From an archaeon (lineage in GTDB: Archaea; Aenigmatarchaeota; Aenigmatarchaeia; Aenigmatarchaeales; JACQIB01), in the NCBI GenBank assembly GCA_035291225.1, contig DATDSO010000004.1:490765-554764 (forward strand): a stretch of 64,000 bases of DNA. The letters are read 5' to 3'. Every line of letters starts with the position of its first letter. Position 1 is the first letter of the stretch. The notes beneath the pieces are model-generated. The model saw only the letters and a list, made by a program, of their open reading frames with translations. It did no database searches and was not told where the DNA came from. Below, piece by piece: positions 17,431 to 28,000 of this stretch. The position numbers were made by a program, and so were the translations under genes.

Positions 17431-20400
17431 ATGAGTAATGCCTCTGTGGAAAGAAACATCGCCCCAGAAATTTTGCATGAAGCAGCCAGAGAAGCTGGAT
17501 ATTCTCTCGAACAGAGAGATGGGAGATATATTTTGAAAGGAGCAGGAAGAGTTGGAAGCGAAGTTTATCAAAGAAAAGTAGAAGAAGTAATGGCAAATGT
17601 TTCTGATGCTCTTGCAGATAAAGGAGTTTGGAATTCTCCTCAGGCTCATGAAACCTTGGAAACTCTTTCGCATTCTTTTCGCGGGTTTGATCCTGATTCT
17701 CCTGATAATGGAAATTATGGAAGCGAAAGCCACGAAACAAAATGGGGTTTTCCGAGTTTAGTTGCCGGCTTGTTTGGGGCGGCCGCAATTACTGGAGTTG
17801 CTTACGGGCTCGCAAAAGAATTTGCTCCGCATCTGCCGGATTTAGGACATTTAAGTTTTACAATGGGGGCGAGCGGAGAGTCAGCAAGAAGCTATCAGTC
17901 GGGAGATATTCATGATTACCCTGATATGGTTTCTAATTTAGAAAAATTTAAAACAGATTCTCAGGCTGCGATCGCAGATGCAAGCTTGGACCAAACAGAT
18001 GTTCAAAATTTGCATTCGGATATTTCTGATGTTAATGCAGGAATGCAAATTGTTTTTTCTCCAATTAACAATTCTGATTTTAATCAGACTGCGAAACAGA
18101 TTAGAGGCGATATGGAGAAGTTGCAAACACCCAACGAAGGAGACCCCATACCGCTTGTGATCGATCCTGAAAAGAACGCAGCATTCCAATCTCTCAAAAC
18201 AAATCTCTTTCCAAAAGTTAACCAAACTTTAATAGACTGGAAAATCACAAACCGTGGAATTGAGCATCTAAATTATCCTGACAACGGAACTGCCGCGGGC
18301 CAGATGATGAGTAGCCTGCTTTCGGAAATTTCTCAGGACTATGGATTTTACAGGCAAGTTGAACAAACTCAAAAAACAATAACAGGAATTTCTGATTTGG
18401 GAAAAGATGACGCGCATACAGATTTGCCGCTGAAAGAATTTCTGAGAAAACTTTACACAGACACGCAGGAAATCCAAACTTGGCTGAATCCTAATGACCA
18501 ATCGCAGAGAGCAAAGAGCAATCAGATAGATAAATACTTCTCCCCATTTGTCGCGCCGTCGCAAGCAAATAAATATGCGCAATTTTTTGAAACAACTGCC
18601 CAAGTCTTGAACAGCGCTTTGAGATTAATAGAAACTCCTGATGAAAATGTTCCGTATCCTGAAATGGATTTGACTCCGCCGCACATTATTTCAATAGAAG
18701 GATTGCTGGAAATCGAAGCAGGGACAGTTTGGAATGGAAGAATTTTTGCAGATGACCCCGGTCCGATAAGAACTGCAGGAGTTGATTATTTCAGTATTTC
18801 TGTTTTAAAACCTGACATCAGAACAGATTCTTTGAATGTCAGCGCAAACGGAATTTTCAATTATACCCCAGATTTGGCTGGAGATTATTTGTTTTCTATT
18901 TTCCCAACAGATAAATCTGGAAACAGAGCTTCAAATAATTTTGATTGGAACTTTTCTGCTTGGAAAGACAAAAAAGCTCCAACAGTTTCGGTGAAAAATG
19001 ATTTCAGAAAAAGTTTGTATGAGAACGAAACCCAGTGGATAAATTTCACAGCTTCAGATGACAGAACTGGGATAAGTGAAATCAAAGTTTTGTTTGGCGG
19101 AAATTATTACAATGCTACACCAACAGGTGGAATTAATTATCAGGCAAAATTCAAAATTGGAGCGCCGGGGAATAAAACTGCGCAGATTTTCGCAAGAGAT
19201 GGAAGGAATAATACAGCAAACGCTTCTATAAATTTTTCTGTTTTGGAAATCCCAGACACAATACCGCCTAAAATTTTCGAACTGCAGGGAGTTTCTGAAG
19301 GGCAAATTCTTGCGCCGGGAAATGTCACAATTACTGCAGGTGCGCGCGATAACATAATAGATAGCCAGAGGGGAAACAAGCCGCTCGACAACGTGGAATT
19401 TATTTTAGATGGAAAGGTTTATGCTGGGGAGCATATGCTTGATGACTGCACATTATCTATCTGCAATGAAGTTTGGATGTTAAGGACAAATCTTGGCGAG
19501 GGAAAACACACCATTTCTGCCCGCGCATATGATTTGGCTGGAAATGTCGGCGTAGATTATCCTACAATTAACTTCACTGCTAAAGAGCCTGTGCCGGATA
19601 ATAAAAATGTCCGTTCTGATGGAAGCCCGAGTCCGTTGCCATTTGTCGCCCTCGGAGCTTTGGGTGCAGTTGGGGGCGGATTATATCTCGGCATGAGAGA
19701 TGGGGTTGGAATAGAAAGAGTAGTTTATGTTCATAATGATGGAAGAATGATAAAAAGAAGGAAATGGGTTGATACTTCTGGAACAGATGAGGAAATAGAA
19801 ATGGGAATGATTAGCGCCGTGGGCACATTTATCAGAGATGCTTACGGCGGCGCAACAAGAAAGCATCAAATAAGCATACCTCTAAAAGATGGTCGGCTAC
19901 ACAACACAAATCTGCTTTTTGCGCGCGGAAGAGATTCTACATTAGTTGCAAGTGTTTCTGGAAGTGATGGCGAAAATGTTGTCAGAAGAATGGAAAAGGC
20001 AATCTATCCTTTGGAAGAAAATTTCAAGCCCGCTGAATGGGATGGAGATATAAATCCTGGCAGAACAGCGATGGTTGATCCATTTTTAGAGGGGATAAAA
20101 TCTCCTACAGTTCCTGATAGATTCTCAGTACTTTGGGATAGAATTTCTGGAAGGAATAGTTATAGAGCAGGAAAGCCAAGAGGAACAGTTGTCCTGACGC
20201 CAGCGAGAAGAGGACCATCCCAGAGGGAAATTGAATTGGCGCAACAGCTTGCGGCAATGCAGCAACAACTCGCAGCAGCAGAACAATCTGCTGGCGAGGC
20301 AATGATATTGAGAAGCCAGCTTGCGCAGAAAGAAGAGCAGTTGAGATGGTTTGAAAGCGAAGTTTTCAGATTAAATTCGGTTGCGCAGGATATAAGCAGG

Positions 20401-20529
20401 CCGCAGGAAGAGAGAGATGATGCAGGAGCTAGCGCAGCAAGACTTGGAGAGGAACTTAGAAGGACACGCAGCCTTATGGAGAAATTGGCGCAATCAGATG
20501 TGGGGGCAACCGAGACGGAGCAGAAATAA
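17431..20529 (+). CDS. Large (1032 aa) membrane-associated protein with Ig-like repeat region and C-terminal coiled coil
   Basis: Two predicted TM helices (around aa 110 and 740), a beta-rich middle (possible CARDB/Ig-like folds), a C-terminal Q/E-rich coiled coil. Confidence 0.7.
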   Translation: MSNASVERNIAPEILHEAAREAGYSLEQRDGRYILKGAGRVGSEVYQRKVEEVMANVSDALADKGVWNSPQAHETLETLSHSFRGFDPDSPDNGNYGSESHETKWGFPSLVAGLFGAAAITGVAYGLAKEFAPHLPDLGHLSFTMGASGESARSYQSGDIHDYPDMVSNLEKFKTDSQAAIADASLDQTDVQNLHSDISDVNAGMQIVFSPINNSDFNQTAKQIRGDMEKLQTPNEGDPIPLVIDPEKNAAFQSLKTNLFPKVNQTLIDWKITNRGIEHLNYPDNGTAAGQMMSSLLSEISQDYGFYRQVEQTQKTITGISDLGKDDAHTDLPLKEFLRKLYTDTQEIQTWLNPNDQSQRAKSNQIDKYFSPFVAPSQANKYAQFFETTAQVLNSALRLIETPDENVPYPEMDLTPPHIISIEGLLEIEAGTVWNGRIFADDPGPIRTAGVDYFSISVLKPDIRTDSLNVSANGIFNYTPDLAGDYLFSIFPTDKSGNRASNNFDWNFSAWKDKKAPTVSVKNDFRKSLYENETQWINFTASDDRTGISEIKVLFGGNYYNATPTGGINYQAKFKIGAPGNKTAQIFARDGRNNTANASINFSVLEIPDTIPPKIFELQGVSEGQILAPGNVTITAGARDNIIDSQRGNKPLDNVEFILDGKVYAGEHMLDDCTLSICNEVWMLRTNLGEGKHTISARAYDLAGNVGVDYPTINFTAKEPVPDNKNVRSDGSPSPLPFVALGALGAVGGGLYLGMRDGVGIERVVYVHNDGRMIKRRKWVDTSGTDEEIEMGMISAVGTFIRDAYGGATRKHQISIPLKDGRLHNTNLLFARGRDSTLVASVSGSDGENVVRRMEKAIYPLEENFKPAEWDGDINPGRTAMVDPFLEGIKSPTVPDRFSVLWDRISGRNSYRAGKPRGTVVLTPARRGPSQREIELAQQLAAMQQQLAAAEQSAGEAMILRSQLAQKEEQLRWFESEVFRLNSVAQDISRPQEERDDAGASAARLGEELRRTRSLMEKLAQSDVGATETEQK

Positions 20530-20562
20530 AAACTTTTTAAATTGCCGCATGGAAACTGATTC

Positions 20563-21774
20563 ATGAAACAGAATGAAAACAGCAGGCTTTCTGCAAAAAA
20601 ATTTCCGATTCCGCTAATTTCTTTTCTGGCGGGAATTCTTTTCATCGCGATTTCATCTGCAGGATTTTCATCTTATCAGTCTCCGAATTATAGCGGAGAG
20701 TTTTCTTCGGGATATTTTGATTCTCCAAAGAATTCAAATTATAGCTTGCAAATAAGGACAGGAGATTCTTTAACCGGAGTTGCGGCAAATTCAAATTACA
20801 CCCTAAGTCTGGGAAGCATTTATTCTTTTTCTGAGGATTTGGCTCCACAGTTTTCTAATATTTCTCAAAGCTCAAGCACGCCAAAAGAGGGTGGACAAGT
20901 TATTTTGTCAGCATATTTTTCAGATGATAAGGGCCTAGCCGGAGCAATAATTTCTACTAATGAGAGCGGCACATTTGTTAATGAAAGTATTCAAATTTCC
21001 GGATTAGAAAAGCAGACTGATTACGTTTGGAATAAGCAAACTAAAGCCGGCACAACTGTGACATGGAAATTTTTTGTTTCTGATAGTGCGGGAAATTACA
21101 ACGCCACCCCAGAAATCTCTTTTTTCGTGGGAGCAACTGATTTGAATCCTCCTCAAATATTGTCCACAGAAATTTATCCCACCCAACCTTCTGCAGGAGA
21201 ACAGGCAGGATTTATGGCAGATGTTTCAGATGATTTCGGTCTGGCTTCTGCTGTGCTGGAATTAAATGGAAAAAATGTGAGCACTGTTAATTTAGCCGGA
21301 AAAAAGTTGATTGCTGAATTTAGAGTTATTCCGGAGGGTTCTGCCGGCGACAAGTTATCATGGAAAATATTTATCCGCGACTCAACGGGAAAAGAAGTAG
21401 TTTCTGAAGCGAAAACTTTTACACTCTTAACCGCACCACCCAAAACATCGGGATCTGGAGAATGCAAAGAATCGGAAAAGCCAAAACCGCTGCCGATAGA
21501 GTGCACCGGCGGCATGAGAAAGGCTTTCGATGTTTCGTGTGATGCCATTACAGGAAAATGGGTTGTTACGGGCAGAAATGTAATTTGTACACCAGAGGAA
21601 GAGCAAAAGCAGAAAAGCGCAAATTATGTTTTGATAATTGTTGTGATTATTATTTTGGCGGTTATCGGCGGGGCAGGATATCATATTTACATCAAAAACA
21701 AAAAAGTAGAAAAAGATAAAAAAGAAGAAAAAAGTGAAAATGCCGAAAGTGAAGAAATTGAGTCTGGGGCTTAA
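20563..21774 (+). CDS. Surface protein: N-terminal signal, two Ig-like modules, C-terminal TM anchor plus K/E-rich cytoplasmic tail
   Basis: 403 aa. A module starting DLAPQFSNISQSS...SGLEKQ...TWKFFVSDSAGNYNATP is paralogous to modules in the next gene. Confidence 0.7.
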   Translation: MKQNENSRLSAKKFPIPLISFLAGILFIAISSAGFSSYQSPNYSGEFSSGYFDSPKNSNYSLQIRTGDSLTGVAANSNYTLSLGSIYSFSEDLAPQFSNISQSSSTPKEGGQVILSAYFSDDKGLAGAIISTNESGTFVNESIQISGLEKQTDYVWNKQTKAGTTVTWKFFVSDSAGNYNATPEISFFVGATDLNPPQILSTEIYPTQPSAGEQAGFMADVSDDFGLASAVLELNGKNVSTVNLAGKKLIAEFRVIPEGSAGDKLSWKIFIRDSTGKEVVSEAKTFTLLTAPPKTSGSGECKESEKPKPLPIECTGGMRKAFDVSCDAITGKWVVTGRNVICTPEEEQKQKSANYVLIIVVIIILAVIGGAGYHIYIKNKKVEKDKKEEKSENAESEEIESGA

Positions 21775-21805
21775 TCTTTTTAAAATCAGAAAGTTAGTTC
21801 TTCTA

Positions 21806-23137
21806 ATGAAAATTTTTGGATTGGTACTTTTTGTTTTCTTGGCAATGGCAATTACAGCAACCGCGCAGGCGGATTCTAGCCAGTCTCCCGCAGCGCTGAA
21901 CTACACACCCGCAGAAAATACTTTTTGGGATATGGACTCTGTTCTAGAATTTTCAGCATGCTGGAATAAACCCATAGACAAGGCGGAGTTTTGGACAAAT
22001 AATTCCGGTGCGCTGCAAAAAAATATTTCAGCAAGAATTTCTGGAAATTGCAGTTATGCGACATATAGAACGCCGAACACGACAACTTCAATACAATGGT
22101 TCCTGAATGCCAGCGATGCATTCGATCTGACAGGAAAAACAGATACCGCACTATTATTCGTAAAAGATTTGCCGCCACAGTTTTCAGAAATTTCCCAGAA
22201 TGCTACAGAGGCTAAAGTCGGCGGCGGGGTTATGGTTTCAGCCAGAATAAAAGACAAAACAGGCCTGTCATCGGTGATTTTGTCTGTAAATGATACAGGA
22301 GAATTCAGGAATGTTTCGCAGAAAAAAATCAGCGGGTTGGAATATATTGCGAGTTTTGCATATTCACTCTCCGCAGATTTAGAGCCTGAAAACACTGTTG
22401 TGTGGAAACTTTTCTCAAATGATACAAAAAATAATTTCAATACAACCAATCTTGGTTATTTCTATATTTCGGCGTGCCCTGAAACTTGCGAAGGTCAGCC
22501 TGTTGGTTCCTGCACAGAATATAGCGACTGCTCTAGTGGAAACCAGAACAAAGTTTGCTTTGCCTGCGATAAATCCACAGGATATTCATGCGAACGCAAA
22601 ATAGAAACGAAATCTTGCGAGATTACAGAAGGAAAGGATGATGCACAAAATGAAATAGCATCTGCTGAGGATCAAATAATTTCTGTAAAATCCAGTGAGC
22701 CACCCCGCAATACAAGTGCTGCGGAAGAATTTTTAAGCGAGGCAAAAAAAGCTTTCAGCGCAGGAAACTATCAGAAAGCTCTTGAGAGGACAGCTGCTGC
22801 AAAAAACGCTGCAATTTCTGCGCCGATAATTACAACAAAGGAAGAGGGCTCGGACCAGACAGGGCTTATTGTTGCTGCTGTTGTTTTAATTTTGATTATA
22901 GGCATGGCGTTTCTTTTCAGAGAGAAAATATCAGCCTCTCTGCAAAAATTCAAACCATCAGCAAAGGAAGAAAAGAAAAAAATTGAGGCCCCGCCAACTT
23001 GTGAGATATGTGGCAATCTTTCAGAAAAACTTTATGAATGCGAGGAATGTGGAAAAAAGGTTTGCTTTGACCATGCGCGCAGCTTTAAGGGGCATTCATT
23101 TTGCTCAGATTGTTTGAAGAAAAGAGGGTTAATGTAA
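21806..23137 (+). CDS. Surface protein paralogue with Cys-rich stalk, C-terminal TM anchor and cytoplasmic C4 zinc-ribbon tail
   Basis: Signal peptide MKIFGLVLFVFLAMAITATAQA. A DLPPQFSEISQNA... module paralogous to the previous gene. TM (LIVAAVVLILIIGMAFLF), then CEICGNLSEKLYECEECGKKVCFDHARSFKGHSFCSDCLKK. The track ORF starts at 21734 and overlaps the upstream gene. Confidence 0.7.
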   Translation: MKIFGLVLFVFLAMAITATAQADSSQSPAALNYTPAENTFWDMDSVLEFSACWNKPIDKAEFWTNNSGALQKNISARISGNCSYATYRTPNTTTSIQWFLNASDAFDLTGKTDTALLFVKDLPPQFSEISQNATEAKVGGGVMVSARIKDKTGLSSVILSVNDTGEFRNVSQKKISGLEYIASFAYSLSADLEPENTVVWKLFSNDTKNNFNTTNLGYFYISACPETCEGQPVGSCTEYSDCSSGNQNKVCFACDKSTGYSCERKIETKSCEITEGKDDAQNEIASAEDQIISVKSSEPPRNTSAAEEFLSEAKKAFSAGNYQKALERTAAAKNAAISAPIITTKEEGSDQTGLIVAAVVLILIIGMAFLFREKISASLQKFKPSAKEEKKKIEAPPTCEICGNLSEKLYECEECGKKVCFDHARSFKGHSFCSDCLKKRGLM

Positions 23138-23168
23138 ACATATTTAAAATACAAAAAATAGATAGTTT

Positions 23169-23696
23169 TTGATTGGTATGGCTGGATACAGAAGAGAAAC
23201 CATGACATTTGCTGTTTCGAGCATGGAAAAATTTGTGAAGACAGGAAGTATTGCCGTTTCTTCCTACGCGGGCGGCGGAGGCAAAAATTCTTACAGAAAT
23301 GTCGAAGAAGCTTCTTCTGCCATAAAAGAAGCATTGAAATCGGGAACTAATGTTGACATTGTTGCTCCAAAGGGGTCCAGCGGGGAATTATTCAGAGACA
23401 TAATAAGAAAAGATTTTCCTCAGGCAAGAATCCGCGAGGACGCTTCAATGACAGAAATTTATATAAGCGGCGTCCCAAAACCAAAAATAGTACGTGAATT
23501 TGTTTCTTCTCCCACAAGTTCACATTATAAAGCTCCTATAGTTGTTCGAGAACTTTCTTCAGAAGAACCTTCTAGAGGGCACAGAGCTCCTGTAATTGTT
23601 TCTGCAGAAGAACCCGGTGTTTTAGATTCTATAGCAAAAACTTTCAGAGATTTGGACGCAGCTTACAGAAAAGGAAGAGCCCCCGCAAGAGCTTAA
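23169..23696 (+). CDS. Hypothetical protein
   Basis: 175 aa. Confidence 0.5.
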   Translation: MIGMAGYRRETMTFAVSSMEKFVKTGSIAVSSYAGGGGKNSYRNVEEASSAIKEALKSGTNVDIVAPKGSSGELFRDIIRKDFPQARIREDASMTEIYISGVPKPKIVREFVSSPTSSHYKAPIVVRELSSEEPSRGHRAPVIVSAEEPGVLDSIAKTFRDLDAAYRKGRAPARA

Positions 23697-23727
23697 CAAA
23701 TATAAACAGACTCTGAGAAATAATCTT

Positions 23728-24996
23728 ATGCCACTTGAAGAAATTATTGTTGGGCGCGAGCCTTCTGATGTTGATAAATACGGAAAGGCCGGATGCGTTT
23801 TTCTCGGAAAGCATGTTGTTGGCACGGGCTTTGACACGCATATGGCGAATCCAGTTTTGCTTGATGTTGTTCGGCCGCATATTTATCTGATTGTTGGAAA
23901 AAGAGGGAGTGGAAAATCTTATTCGGGAGCGATAATTTCTGAGGAGATTATGAAACTACCGGATGAAGTGAAGCAAAATCTTTCTGTGCTTATGGTTGAT
24001 ATAATGGGTATTTTTTGGAGCATGAAAAATTCGAATGAAAGAGATTTGCTCTTGCTGAAAAGCTGGGGGCTTGATCCCAGAGGGTTTTCGATAGAAAGCG
24101 TTGTGCCAATCGGTTTGGAGGATTTATACAAAACTTCTGGCGTGCCTTACGATTCAACATTTTCAGTCAGGCCGTCTGAACTTTCTATTGGCGACTGGCT
24201 CACCACATTTGATCTTAACCTTTTTAGCCCGCTGGGAATTTTGCTTGACAGAATAATAAAAAAATTTTCAGATACAAATTTTTCCATAGAAAATATTGTT
24301 GATATGATAGGGAGAGATGAGCGCGCAGAAGAAAAGGAGAAGCTAGCTCTTCAGAACAGATTTTTGTCTGCGAAAGAATGGGGGATTTTTTCTGACAAAG
24401 CAACGCCTATAGAAAATTTTCTTAAGCCGGGGATTACAGTTGTTTTAGATGTGAGTCTGATGGAATGGTCTGTCAGAAATCTTGCTCTAGGAATTCTGGC
24501 AAGAAAAATTTACGCATCGAGGACTGCAGCACGCCGCGAGGAGGAGGCTTCCATAATTGCAGGCGAGGAAACAAAAAAAGTTCCCATGAGCTGGATAATA
24601 ATCGATGAAGCGCATAACTTTATCCCTTCTGACGGAAAAACTTCTGCAACCGAGCCAATGCTGACTTTAATCAGGCAGGGGAGACAGCCGGGAATTTCTC
24701 TTGTGCTAATTACGCAACGTCCGAACAAACTGCATGAAGATGCGATTTCCCAGAGTGATCTGATACTTGCTCACAGGCTAACTGCAAAGCCAGATTTGGA
24801 TGCACTTTCTTCTGTAATGCAAACCTACCTTCTGGAGGACATAAAGAAAAGCATCGCGGATATGCCGAAAACCAAAGGGGCTGCGGTTGTGCTTGATGAT
24901 AATTCTGAAAGGCTATTTTCAATACAAGTCAGGCCAAGGCAGAGCTGGCACGCCGGCGGCTCTCCGATTGCGCTAAAAGAGAAAAAGCAGTTCTGA
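23728..24996 (+). CDS. HerA/FtsK-superfamily P-loop ATPase (DUF87-like)
   Basis: Walker A GKRGSGKSYS, Walker B IIIDEAHNF, arginine-finger region LIRQGRQPGISLVLITQRP. Confidence 0.8.
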   Translation: MPLEEIIVGREPSDVDKYGKAGCVFLGKHVVGTGFDTHMANPVLLDVVRPHIYLIVGKRGSGKSYSGAIISEEIMKLPDEVKQNLSVLMVDIMGIFWSMKNSNERDLLLLKSWGLDPRGFSIESVVPIGLEDLYKTSGVPYDSTFSVRPSELSIGDWLTTFDLNLFSPLGILLDRIIKKFSDTNFSIENIVDMIGRDERAEEKEKLALQNRFLSAKEWGIFSDKATPIENFLKPGITVVLDVSLMEWSVRNLALGILARKIYASRTAARREEEASIIAGEETKKVPMSWIIIDEAHNFIPSDGKTSATEPMLTLIRQGRQPGISLVLITQRPNKLHEDAISQSDLILAHRLTAKPDLDALSSVMQTYLLEDIKKSIADMPKTKGAAVVLDDNSERLFSIQVRPRQSWHAGGSPIALKEKKQF

Positions 24997-25020
24997 TTAT
25001 TTTTATATCGAATATAAATT

Positions 25021-28000
25021 TCATTCTGAGTTTGTGTGAGGCACTCTCCAAGGGCGCGGACTAACCGAAGAAATTATTTGCCTGCGATAGGTGAGAATTA
25101 AAATCAATACAACCACACCACCGATTATTAAAACAAGAGTTCCAAAATCAATCGGGGGAGATTCTTTCCCGCTTTCTTGTGTTATTTTCCCGCTTTCTAC
25201 TCTAGGAACAATCTTTCTGATATTAGATGTTGTAATTTTTGGGGCTGTCGGGGGAGTTGCGCCCGTTGGTGCTTCCTTTAGGCTGACGGTAAAACTTTTT
25301 GTTTCTGTTTTCACTTCATTTCCATTCGAATCCTTCACAACCAAGTACCACCCAATATTCCCTTCAATAAGATTTTCATTTTTCCATTCGAATGCTGTTG
25401 AAGCTTCTAGACCATTAAGATTTTGAGATGCATAGAATTTGAAATCAGCATCAACAGGTTCTTTTATGTAGATGGTCGCTGATTCGAGTTCTATATCATC
25501 GCGCCCTTTGAATCTCAAAAAGTTAGACCAGCTTTTGTAAATTTCATCTGCCGACTGTCCCAACTCGAGAATTTCTGGCGCTGCGATGTCTTCCCCTACT
25601 CCTATTTCAGGATCTGATTCACCCACATTTCCAAATACATCTTCAACTTTCATCTGCCAAGTTATATTTTTTTCAGATATCTTCGGCATTTTTTGCTCGA
25701 AGTTCACCCAGCCTTCTGTGATGGGTTTTTCAAAAACAAATGTCTGAACTTTATGCAGTCCCGAACCAAAATCCATCCAAAATTCTGCTTTTTTCAATGG
25801 GCTGTCATCTTTCCAGTATTTTGAGAAAACAATATTCTGATTTGGTTTTGCTTTTTGTGGCGAGCGGTTTTCTGTCCATTGAGGAGGATTCATCACACGA
25901 ACTTTCTGATTTTTCAATGCCCGATTTCCAGCAGAATCGACTGCCGTGAACGTGAAAAGCAGTTCGGAATTTTCTTTCAGGTTAGAATCAGTAACATATT
26001 CAACTATATCACAATCTTCGGTGCCGCTGCTTGTTGTAAGGTTTATGTCTTTTGAGAAGAGTCTGCTGCCGCCGACAAGAGCTTCAATTTTAGAAGTCGC
26101 TGAAGCGCGATTCCAATCACTTACGCAAATTTTAATTTTAAGCGCCTGTGAGGATGAAACCTTTTCAGGCAGGCCTTCAAATCTTATTATAGGAGATTCG
26201 GAATCTTTTACTTTAAAATACTTTTCATCCGTCTCGATGGAATTTCCAGACGCATCCCATGCTTTTATTTTCCATGAAACAATATCGCCTGGCATAAGGT
26301 TTTCTTCGGCCGAGGGTTTTGGTAAAGTTATTTCAAAATCCGCTGCTTCAAGTGAACCCGATGGAGTGGTCCCAGACAGAAGTTTCAGGGTTCCATCAGA
26401 AGTTGTTGCATTAAGTTTTAACATGGCTGCTACAAGAGCGCCGCAATCTGAATTCGGTTCTGTATAATTGTTTTTGAAACTCGCTGAAAAAGAGATTTTA
26501 TCGCCCGGATTATATTCTGCTGCATTCGTTGAAGTTAGGTCCAGATAACTTATAGATTTCCTTTCTGCACAGGACGGCTTTACATTAAATGTTCCTGAGT
26601 AATCGGTCTGTATTGTGTTTCCTTCTTTATCAGAAAGATATAATTTCCATTCGAATTCTGTCTGTCCGGAAAGCTTTTGCGAGTACCATGAAGCCGGAAT
26701 TTCCAAAGGAAAATTCCAAACTTTTTTTCTTATGAGATTAAAAGATTGGACATCTTCAAAGTTTCCCCCGATTTTTCTTGCCTGAATTTTCACTAATCCC
26801 AATTCAACATTGTCCGATGCTGTGAGAAAGACAGAAAAGTTCGCTCCATCAAAAATTATTTTTCTTACACTGTCTATTTTTTCAACGCGCGGCGGTTCAA
26901 AATCTTTCACAATTATCGAACCGTAGATAGGAACGTTTGCGAAATTTCCATCATTATCTTCTGCAGAAATATACCAAATTACTTTGGAATTGCTTTTTGC
27001 ATCAGCTGGAATCTGGACTGCGAATTCGATTACCTGCTGCGGGTTGTTGTTTTGCAATGAAAATGGAGTTCCGTCGCTTTCTTTTTCAGTTCCATCTTGT
27101 TTTACATAATCAGCATAAAATCTGATTTTTTTCAGTGACAGGTTGTCAAAGCATTTTGTGTGAACAATGACCTTCTCTCCGCGCCCCGCCTTTACAGGAG
27201 CGCTATTTATATCGCCTTCGGTGTTGTAGTAGATGGAGCAGGTTGGCGGCTGCACATCTTTGACTCTAAATTCAGTTTCAAACTTCTCGAAATGTCCAGC
27301 AAAGTCTTTAACAAAAACTTTATATGTGAAATTTTGTTCCTGTTGGTCACCTCCGAAAACTTTTTGCCTGCAATCTCTTCCGCAGGAAAATTCCCCATCA
27401 AAGATATTTGTACCAATAGGTTTTTGACTTCCGATTTTTGATATGGATTCTTCCAAGCTTCCAGAAACAACAAAGACTTCAATAGAGCCCAACTGACCTA
27501 TCAAATCTCCCTCTGTTTTATAATCATCTTCACAGGAAATGCGGAGTGTGGCTGGATCGTTTGGGGTAACGCTGTTTGATTCACCGCGGCCAACTGAAAG
27601 GACGCAACGTGGTGGTTTTGTATCTGTGTCTGCAGGTTTGCCTACGATTGAAACATTAGTTTCATAAGAGTTTTTTTTGCCTGCGGTATTTGAAGCAGAA
27701 ATTTTGAATTTGAGATCTTTGCCTACATCGGAGCTCCTTGTTTTGCAGTTCTTGAATTCAACATTGTAGAGTGAAGGTTGTTTCGCTACAATCTGTGTCG
27801 AGCCGCATCTTTGTTCAAGATTTGCTGTTGCAACGATGGTGTCAGAATTTAGTTTTCCCACATCTTCCCGAATTGAAAATTTAACAGAAAAATCTGTATC
27901 ATACCATGCTGTTGCCGGCGCGCTTAACAAAATAATTTCAGGCGGGGTTTTATCGGCAACTGCAGGAACTGTTTCCTCAACTCTTTCCTCTTTTTTGCTT

